This document shows, piece after piece, positions 54,997 to 61,922 of a stretch of DNA of 64,000 bases. This stretch comes from a bacterium. Lineage in GTDB: Bacteria > Patescibacteriota > Patescibacteriia > Patescibacteriales > UBA12465. Made by a program: the position numbers and the translations under genes. Where the stretch lies: contig JAJZRB010000004.1 in the NCBI GenBank assembly GCA_021806615.1, positions 7,664 through 71,663 of the forward strand. Reading direction: 5' to 3'. Below the pieces are notes generated by a model. It searched no databases, was not told where the DNA came from, and saw nothing but the letters and a program-made list of their open reading frames with translations. Every line of letters begins with the position of its first letter. The first letter of the stretch is position 1.

Positions 54997-57900
54997 CTAA
55001 TAAGCGACAGAACCCTCGCCCCAACAGAAATTGGTGCTACAACTACCGATATCCGGCAGAAAGGTCATCGCGCACTGGCCGCTGACACAGGAGCCAGAGA
55101 AATTCCCTTGCTGCAACCTCGGCACCCAACAATTTTGGACCAAGCCGCTAGGACAGCCATTACTGCAAGTAGTCACGTGAGTGGCAACAGGACTGCAACT
55201 AAAATCATATTGCGTCCAGGTTGCGCCGCCGCATGCGCGATTGCAAGCGCAATAGTGGGCATCAGGAGCAAAATTCGGGAGACCAACCGCGGCATTGGCG
55301 TCATTACAATCATTTCCATTAGAAACGACATTATAGCTGGAGCTAGTGGGCCAGAATTGATAGGTATTCGGCGCGCCATATCCGTCCTTATCAGCGTCCT
55401 TATAGCCGTAAGCTCCGGCGGTACAAGCATAGTTTATACAATATTCTCCGGCATAACAATCGCTATTCTGCGTACAAGGGACGCAATAATTGAATCCGTA
55501 ATCGCAAGCCATGCCGCCACGGTAATTACAGGTATAAGAATAGAATTGGCCGATAGGCGTATAGTCGCAAGTGCCGGTATAGTTTCCGCAACCGGCGTAA
55601 GTGAACCACATCTGGTTATGGCTATAGCAGGTTGCGCCGCCGACATTGCAATTATAGGTTCCTGAAGCGGCTATACAACTATTATACGCCTGGACCCAAA
55701 CCTGTCCAGCTTGACAGTATTGATAATTATAGTCAGTCCCGATATTAGCCGAACATGAACCGGCCGAACAGCCGTAAATTATGCGCGATTGGCTGGCCCT
55801 ACAATCACCATCATTTCCTGACCAAGCGCCGAAAGCGCCGTAACCGCAGAACGAACCATTATTGACGGCGACCGAGGTCGCTGAAGAACCGGTACACTGC
55901 AGGCAAGCGCTGATAACCGTGCCGGCTGGCTTAAAACTGCCGTTAGAGACATTGCAACAATCGCCGCTTGTGCATTGGCTGTAACCAAAACAAGCTAAGT
56001 TTTGATCATCATTATAAGGGCTACCGGTTTGGCTAGTGCCTCCGCGCGTACAATAATTCACGCAGTTGCTGTAACCGTTAACACACCAGCTAGCCTCAGT
56101 CCCGGCACACGCCGATCCGCTTATGACATTTCCTATGAAAGTACTGCAGCTCCCTGCTCCGTTACAGCCGTAGGTATAAACCTGGGGCGTCTGGCCGCTA
56201 CAGTACCAGGAACCGGTGCCGCAGTAAATGCTGGTAGTATTGGTATACCAATTGCTATTCCACCAGACCTGGCCGTTAGAACCATAGTCGGAACAGCCGA
56301 AGGTTGAACCGCTACAGGCGGCGCTTGAACCGCTACAATATTGGCCAGTACCGCTACGCGCACAGGCGCCGTTACCCGGATTGCTGAGAGTACAAGTGGA
56401 ACAAACCGTAGAACTGCTCTTATAGGTCTGGGCCGGACAAGTATTTCCAACACAGAAAGCGGCATTCTGGCAGGGGCCGGAAGGAGACGCACACAAAGCG
56501 CCGTTATTAGTAACATCGGGCGGACAATTATTATTCACGCCATCGCAGGTTTCAGCCGGATCGCAAGCGGCGCTCACGCTGGCGCGGCAGACAGTGCCGG
56601 CCCCCACTTTGCTGTCGGAACAACCAGCGGAATATCCGGTACAATAATCATTATAATCGCAGACCCCAGCTGAAGAGCTGCAAAGTGTCCCGGCGGCCAC
56701 ATAAGCATTGGTCGGACAAGCCGCGCTGGAACCAGTACAATTTTCAGCTACGTCGCAAGGTCCGGCCGAGGCGTTACAAGTATAAGAAGAGGGGCGGAAT
56801 TGATAAGTAGAAGTGTCGCAGCAAGCTCCGCTTAAACACTGCCGTCCGCAATCAGTATCAGCGGCATCAATATAACCATCCCCATCATTATCTACGCCGT
56901 CAAAACAATCATTAGAACAAGAACCGTTAGTGCAGTAATTATTTTCTGATCCGGGACAAGGGCTGCCGACGCTGACTTTAGATGAACTCTGATAAGTGCA
57001 ATTCCCTAGCCCATTACAGCCTAAAGCATTCCCTTGTGGCTGTTGGGCGCTGCAAGAATTAGTACTGCTTACGCCACAATTAATCGTCGAGCTAACGGCC
57101 GCAGTGGCGGAATTCCACCAGACATTGCCAATTGTGATATAAGAAGTATTATATTCAGTATTGACCGTAGTAGAGCAAGAACCGGCTGAACAAGTATAAT
57201 AATCACGAGATTGGCTTACTGTACAAACGCCGTTAGCGCCGGTCCAGGCCGACCAGGCGGTTTCATTACATCTTGTGCCGTTTGCTATAGATCCACAATA
57301 ATCCCCGGTACCGGAACAATAATTAGACTGGCAAGATGTAGCGGTGCCATAAGCTCCGGTTGAACAATTATTGCCCCAATCTTCGCCTGGCGACTGATTC
57401 ACCGGTATAGCAGAAGTACCGCTGCATTTCAAACAGACGCTGATCGGAGTATTTAACGCCTTGAAATTTCCATTCGCGTCGCAACAGGCGCCGTCCGAAG
57501 GATGGCATTGCTGATGGGCGCTCGCATTACAATCACTATCTAAGCTGTCTATCCAGCCATCAGCGTCATTATCGATCCCATCGGAGCATTGGTTGACGCA
57601 AGATCCTCCTGAACAACGGCTATTTTCTCCGCCGCCGCAGGTTGAACCGTTACAAGTCGCCCGCGCCGTGACCGCATCGCAGGAACCGCTAGTATTACAG
57701 CCATAGGCTGATTGCTGGACCTGTTGCCCGGTACAGAAGACGCCGCTCAAGCTGCCGCAATATAGAGAACAGCTCGCCGCGGCCCAAGCGCTACCATTCC
57801 AGACTTGTCCGGCGGCAGGAGCATATTGAGGGGTATCGTAGTCAGTGCCGGCCGCCGTCGCAGAACAAGAACCGGCCGAACAATTATAATAAGATCTAGA

Positions 57901-58902
57901 ACGGCTAGCGGCGCATGTTCCAGAAGCTCCGCCCCAACCGCTCCAAGCGCCATAATTACAAAGAGTGCCGTCAACTAATGATCCACAATAGTCGCCTGTT
58001 CCGGAACAATTAGAAGCCTGGCAAGACGTTCCACTACCTAAGGCACCGGTCGCGCAATTGTTGCCTAAGTCTTCGCTGGATGCCTGATTGACCGGGCTGG
58101 CCGCCGCTCCGTTACATTTTAAACAGGTGCTGATAGGCGTATTAGCGACCTTATAGTTTCCGCTCGCGTCACAACAGGCCGCCGCGCTTGTCGTACAGGT
58201 AGCGGTCGTTACCCATGATCCGTTCGTACAAGTATCCGTGCCGCTTCCGCCGCAAGTGCCGACGCCGCAGTAAGTGGTTATTGCCGTCCCGTTCTTGATA
58301 GAAGCATTGCTGTCGTCGCAGTCATAATTATTAGAAACGATATTATAGCCTCCGGACGGCATATAGCAGCCATAAGCGCCGGCGCCGTCGCCATCCTTAT
58401 CATAATCGTGATAACCGTTGACGCAGGTATTTAGGGTAGTCAGGTCGCTTTTTCTAGTATAGCCGGCGGGGCAAGCCTTAGACGCTTCGTTAGCGGGTGT
58501 CGTTTCTACCAAGACCCAATTCAGAGAATCAGGGACCTTATCATTATTAGCATCCGGAGCGCACAAAAAACCCTTCTTCACATAGCCGGAGGGGTTCTTA
58601 GAAACGATTATACGGCTGGTGTTAGAAAGGAGGTTTATCTGATGCGTGGCGTTAATCACTAAAGTGGCGCCCGGATCTATGGTCAGCGTTTGACCGGCCA
58701 CGATGCCCAAATCCCCCTTATCAACGCTCTCATAGCCTGAACTGATGTGGCAATCAGCCGTGACCGAGGTCGGGCCAGAAATGACAGAAGCGATATTTCC
58801 GCAAGTCGTAGCCGCCGATGCTGATTGACTGCCGATTATTAAAAAACTGAAAACCGCAGCGAAAAATAATAAGACGCTTGGTTTAAGCTTTTTTGGAGGC
58901 AT
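54997..58902 (-). CDS. giant secreted cysteine-rich modular protein (MopE-like metal-binding motifs, DNDxDG Ca-type loops, repeated ~215-aa Cys modules, disintegrin-like module)
   Basis: 1301 aa with a signal peptide ...SASAA. My hand count gives ~124 Cys. Modules at aa 243-460 and aa 473-687 are clear paralogs (CCDASGNYKVANTPISTCLKCNGAA... / CCDANGNFKALNTPISVCLKCSGTS...), with a third partial copy at aa 981-1060. It has CSDGIDNDADGWIDSLDSDC and CFDGVDNDGDGYIDAADTDC. It also has YDKDGDGAGAYGC...DCDDSNA and KDADKDGYGAP...DCNDANA. Confidence 0.7.
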   Translation of the reverse strand: MPPKKLKPSVLLFFAAVFSFLIIGSQSASAATTCGNIASVISGPTSVTADCHISSGYESVDKGDLGIVAGQTLTIDPGATLVINATHQINLLSNTSRIIVSKNPSGYVKKGFLCAPDANNDKVPDSLNWVLVETTPANEASKACPAGYTRKSDLTTLNTCVNGYHDYDKDGDGAGAYGCYMPSGGYNIVSNNYDCDDSNASIKNGTAITTYCGVGTCGGSGTDTCTNGSWVTTATCTTSAAACCDASGNYKVANTPISTCLKCNGAAASPVNQASSEDLGNNCATGALGSGTSCQASNCSGTGDYCGSLVDGTLCNYGAWSGWGGASGTCAASRSRSYYNCSAGSCSATAAGTDYDTPQYAPAAGQVWNGSAWAAASCSLYCGSLSGVFCTGQQVQQSAYGCNTSGSCDAVTARATCNGSTCGGGENSRCSGGSCVNQCSDGIDNDADGWIDSLDSDCNASAHQQCHPSDGACCDANGNFKALNTPISVCLKCSGTSAIPVNQSPGEDWGNNCSTGAYGTATSCQSNYCSGTGDYCGSIANGTRCNETAWSAWTGANGVCTVSQSRDYYTCSAGSCSTTVNTEYNTSYITIGNVWWNSATAAVSSTINCGVSSTNSCSAQQPQGNALGCNGLGNCTYQSSSKVSVGSPCPGSENNYCTNGSCSNDCFDGVDNDGDGYIDAADTDCGRQCLSGACCDTSTYQFRPSSYTCNASAGPCDVAENCTGSSAACPTNAYVAAGTLCSSSAGVCDYNDYCTGYSAGCSDSKVGAGTVCRASVSAACDPAETCDGVNNNCPPDVTNNGALCASPSGPCQNAAFCVGNTCPAQTYKSSSTVCSTCTLSNPGNGACARSGTGQYCSGSSAACSGSTFGCSDYGSNGQVWWNSNWYTNTTSIYCGTGSWYCSGQTPQVYTYGCNGAGSCSTFIGNVISGSACAGTEASWCVNGYSNCVNYCTRGGTSQTGSPYNDDQNLACFGYSQCTSGDCCNVSNGSFKPAGTVISACLQCTGSSATSVAVNNGSFCGYGAFGAWSGNDGDCRASQSRIIYGCSAGSCSANIGTDYNYQYCQAGQVWVQAYNSCIAASGTYNCNVGGATCYSHNQMWFTYAGCGNYTGTCDYTPIGQFYSYTCNYRGGMACDYGFNYCVPCTQNSDCYAGEYCINYACTAGAYGYKDADKDGYGAPNTYQFWPTSSSYNVVSNGNDCNDANAAVGLPNFAPDAHYCACNRACGGATWTQYDFSCSPVATHVTTCSNGCPSGLVQNCWVPRLQQGNFSGSCVSGQCAMTFLPDIGSCSTNFCWGEGSVAY

Positions 58903-58910
58903 AATTATAT

Positions 58911-58946
58911 TGTAAAAAAATAAAAGCTGGAGAAGATCGCTCTTCT
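58911..58946 (-). terminator. rho-independent terminator after the cupredoxin-like gene
   Basis: Stem agaaga/tcttct (58931-58946) followed on the minus strand by CCAGCTTTTATTTTTTT. Confidence 0.4.
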
Positions 58947-58963
58947 AGCTAAGCGAGCGTGGG

Positions 58964-59476
58964 CTACTGGACATTCAAAACGCCGGTATTCTTCTGATTA
59001 TCAACGTAGAATTCATAGCTGCCGGCGGCCGGGACCGGGAAACTGATGGACTTGTTGCCTTCGGTCTTGCTGAAAGTCACGAGGATGAAAGACAGGCGAG
59101 GATCGCTGAAAGCGAAAGTATGTCGCTTATCGTCAGTCGCGGCGAAAGTCAACATTATCTTAGATCCGGCTTTGGCGCTGAGGCCTTTCGGAGTGAAGCT
59201 GCTGCCGCTAGCGGTAATCGTTCCGCCGTTAGTCGGGGCGGGAGCGCCGGCTTCATCTTTACCCGGGACCGGAAGAGGGGTGGCTGGCGTCTGAGTTGTA
59301 GCCGAGCCATTGGCTAGACCAGAGTTTGCATTGGAAGCGGAGTTTTGCCCTTTTTCGGCTGGATTATTAGTCTCGCCGGTCGGAGCAGCCGGGCCATTCA
59401 AGCTCATGACCAAGTAAACGGCCAGGAGAATGATGACAACGACGGCGCCCAACCAAAGGTAGTTAGTCTTTTTCAT
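58964..59476 (-). CDS. membrane-anchored cupredoxin-like protein lacking the Cys copper ligand
   Basis: 170 aa with a TM anchor and a low-complexity linker. The beta-sandwich-like region SSFTPKGLSAKAGSKIMLTFAATDDKRHTFAF...AAGSYEFYVDN parallels the 61170..61868 protein, but it has Tyr/Val where that protein has FRCDVPGH. Confidence 0.45.
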   Translation of the reverse strand: MKKTNYLWLGAVVVIILLAVYLVMSLNGPAAPTGETNNPAEKGQNSASNANSGLANGSATTQTPATPLPVPGKDEAGAPAPTNGGTITASGSSFTPKGLSAKAGSKIMLTFAATDDKRHTFAFSDPRLSFILVTFSKTEGNKSISFPVPAAGSYEFYVDNQKNTGVLNVQ

Positions 59477-59581
59477 AATTTTTTTTAATTTTTAAATTTT
59501 TTTTAAAAATTATTTTTGAAATTTTTTAAAATGGCTAAATATATTTAAATATTATCCTGTCCATATTATAACATAATTATA

Positions 59582-61054
59582 TCACTTCTGGAAATAGTAA
59601 TCAAAGAAGATAGAGCTCACGGCCGGCGAATAGAAACGATCGGATTCTCCGGAGAAAACCACCTTCAGGAAATAATAATCAATGGAAGAAACCGGGAAAG
59701 CTTTATTCTCGCCGAGAGGGACCGCCTGCCAGATATTTCCGTCTTTAGAAAATAATAACTTTACTGAATTCCGGCTCGGCTCGTCTACGGTTATCTTGCT
59801 CTCCGCGAGGGTCTGTATGCTTATCTTATCGTCCGGCCGGCCGCAGATGATAGGCAAAGATTTCAAAAAGCCCTCCCCAGTATTCTTGAATCCGCGATCG
59901 CTAAAAAGATACCATCTTTCCTTACCATATTTATCTTTAATATTAGCGAAAAAGTTTATACTCTTAGAATCAGATGGCGCGAGCTTGAAAGCAGCCGACT
60001 TATCTCCTTCACGGAAGAAATCAGAGAACACAATCTGTCCGACGATATCCGGACTGCCGTTCTGCCAGAGCTTGATAAGCTGCGGCTGGCCGGAGCTAAG
60101 GCTGAAAATATACCAATTGACGTTAGGCCCGGCCGTAGTTCTGACTACTTCCGGCTTAAAGCCATTAGCCATAACCTTCATGCTGAAAAATTTACTGATA
60201 TCCAACAGGCTAGAACCGCGGATGCGATAGGCTATACCCTGATAGCCGCCATAAATAGCCAAAAAATCGCCCTCTTCCCCGCCGAAACCGAAGAGCCCGA
60301 AATATCGCGAGCTTATCGGCTTCGGAGTCTTGATCTCAGTAAATTTTCCGGCCTCAAAATAGTAGATCAAGCCGCGATAAATCTCGCCGGACTTTCCGCC
60401 CGTATTTTTTAGAGTAAAGCCGACTAAGAAGCGCCGCGTCAAAGAACCGATAGACACGGCGGCTAGGTTAGAACTATCTATGCCGGCCGGAAATCTGACC
60501 GCACGTCCATTATAATATAGGCTATTCCCTTTCTGCTCCAAACAATCAGCTCCCAGGCAACGGCGTTCTTGGTATGGCCCGGAAGAATCATTGAAATTAA
60601 ACGACTCTAAAGATTGCTGGATAGAAGCGGGGACATCTCCGGCGAATCGCCAATCATAGTCGGGCGGAAAACTGATGATGGACGCCGTGTTATCAAAATG
60701 CAGGGTTGACTTAGCGACGTCAAAGTTAGAAGAGCTATAGGCGAAAGAGCCGAGATGCAAAATTGTCCCGGCCGGCGAAGAAGAGCTGGGCTTATTTATA
60801 ACCGGGCCATCGGTTGGAGAAGAAGCGCCACCCTCACCATTCTTATCAGGAGAAATCGGGTAAGTTGATGAAGACAAGTCAATAATATTCGGGTTAGGCG
60901 AGAAAGCGGATGGCGGCAGAAAATCATCAAGATAAGGAACGTTAGCGCGCGGCGATAAAAAATAACTAATCGCTAAAAGAGCCGCTAGAAAAAAAATAAT
61001 GACGATAATGGATCCAATAAGCAATCGGTGCGTTAGCTTGAACAAGTTAGGCAT
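59582..61054 (-). CDS. N-terminally anchored hypothetical extracytoplasmic protein
   Basis: 490-aa ORF with a single N-terminal TM segment (LLIGSIIVIIFFLAALLAISYFL). I recognised no family motif. Confidence 0.4.
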   Translation of the reverse strand: MPNLFKLTHRLLIGSIIVIIFFLAALLAISYFLSPRANVPYLDDFLPPSAFSPNPNIIDLSSSTYPISPDKNGEGGASSPTDGPVINKPSSSSPAGTILHLGSFAYSSSNFDVAKSTLHFDNTASIISFPPDYDWRFAGDVPASIQQSLESFNFNDSSGPYQERRCLGADCLEQKGNSLYYNGRAVRFPAGIDSSNLAAVSIGSLTRRFLVGFTLKNTGGKSGEIYRGLIYYFEAGKFTEIKTPKPISSRYFGLFGFGGEEGDFLAIYGGYQGIAYRIRGSSLLDISKFFSMKVMANGFKPEVVRTTAGPNVNWYIFSLSSGQPQLIKLWQNGSPDIVGQIVFSDFFREGDKSAAFKLAPSDSKSINFFANIKDKYGKERWYLFSDRGFKNTGEGFLKSLPIICGRPDDKISIQTLAESKITVDEPSRNSVKLLFSKDGNIWQAVPLGENKAFPVSSIDYYFLKVVFSGESDRFYSPAVSSIFFDYYFQK

Positions 61055-61111
61055 AGCTAAGACCTAAGAGATGATTTGAGTATTTATATTAACAATTATA
61101 GCATATCGGCT

Positions 61112-61146
61112 AAAATAAAAACACCCGAAATCAACGGGTGTTTTTG
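61112..61146 (-). terminator. rho-independent (bidirectional-looking) terminator after the cupredoxin gene
   Basis: Stem acacccg/cgggtgt (61121-61127 / 61135-61141) with a 7-nt loop. An A-run precedes it and a T-run follows. On the minus strand it is followed by TTTTATTTT. Confidence 0.7.
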
Positions 61147-61169
61147 AATATCCGACTGAATGAATAAAA

Positions 61170-61868
61170 CTATTTCACGATCATAGTTCCGAATTCGCCT
61201 TTATCCTTATGTCCGGGAACGTCGCAACGGAAGTCATAGGTACCGGGAGCGGGGGCATTGAAAGTTATGGCCTTAGTCTGGCCGCCACTAATGCCCATCG
61301 CTATAGCTCCGACGGCGGAATTAGAGAAGATGAAGACATGGACTTGACTATCGGTGGAAGTAACCGCCAGCGAAACCGGGGCGCCAGTCGGGACGGTAAA
61401 GCTGCTCGGCGTAATCTTGCCATTACCGATCTCTAAGCTAATAGTCTGCTTCGGCAATTGGTCCTTAGAAACCAAAACCGGCTTAGGCGCTTCGGGCGTA
61501 TTCGGAATGGCGTCATTCTTGACCGCCTTCCCTTCCGGAGTAACCACTTTCTGGTCTTTGGTGACTAAACTCGCGCCAGGCACAACCGCGGTAGCGCCCT
61601 TTAGGTCATAGACCTTGTTCGCGTCTGCCTGCTGTACCGGAGTAGTCGTGCCGGTCGGCGTAGTCGTTCCGGTCGGCTGTTCTGTCCCTGCAGTCTGGCC
61701 AGTTCCCGCCGGCGTGCCTGCGGTCTGGCTGGATTTCTTCCCCTGCAGAGCGGCCACGATGATGATTATCACGATGACGGCGAGCACTCCCAGGAGGATC
61801 CACATTTTTTTGGACTTATCGTCCATTGGTTTATTGTCCATAAATTTTATGACTAGCACCCCCGACAA
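61170..61868 (-). CDS. membrane-anchored type-1-copper (cupredoxin) protein
   Basis: 232 aa (the start may be the internal MDNKP or MWILLG). It has a TM anchor and a Thr/Pro/Gly-rich linker. The cupredoxin ligand context reads SQVHVFIF ... YDFRCDVPGHKDKGEFGTMIVK (His, Cys, His, Met candidates). Confidence 0.7.
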   Translation of the reverse strand: MSGVLVIKFMDNKPMDDKSKKMWILLGVLAVIVIIIIVAALQGKKSSQTAGTPAGTGQTAGTEQPTGTTTPTGTTTPVQQADANKVYDLKGATAVVPGASLVTKDQKVVTPEGKAVKNDAIPNTPEAPKPVLVSKDQLPKQTISLEIGNGKITPSSFTVPTGAPVSLAVTSTDSQVHVFIFSNSAVGAIAMGISGGQTKAITFNAPAPGTYDFRCDVPGHKDKGEFGTMIVK

Positions 61869-61922
61869 AGCGGGAATTTCGTCTTATTTATATATAAATT
61901 TATAATCTATTTGTTGTCCCTC

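Noticed and set aside
55108-57974. Many 69-185 aa ORFs on both strands inside the Cys-rich giant gene
   Set aside because: They are off-frame products of a repetitive, GC/TG-rich coding sequence. The single 1301-aa frame with a signal peptide and modular repeats explains the region.
59477-59581. ~100-nt almost pure A/T tract (tttttaatttttaaattttttttaaaaattatttttgaaatttttt...) considered as a replication origin, DUE or repeat array
   Set aside because: No DnaA-box-like 9-mers or regular repeat unit was seen. It sits between a gene start and the preceding gene end, and it is most simply an AT-rich promoter or UP-element region.
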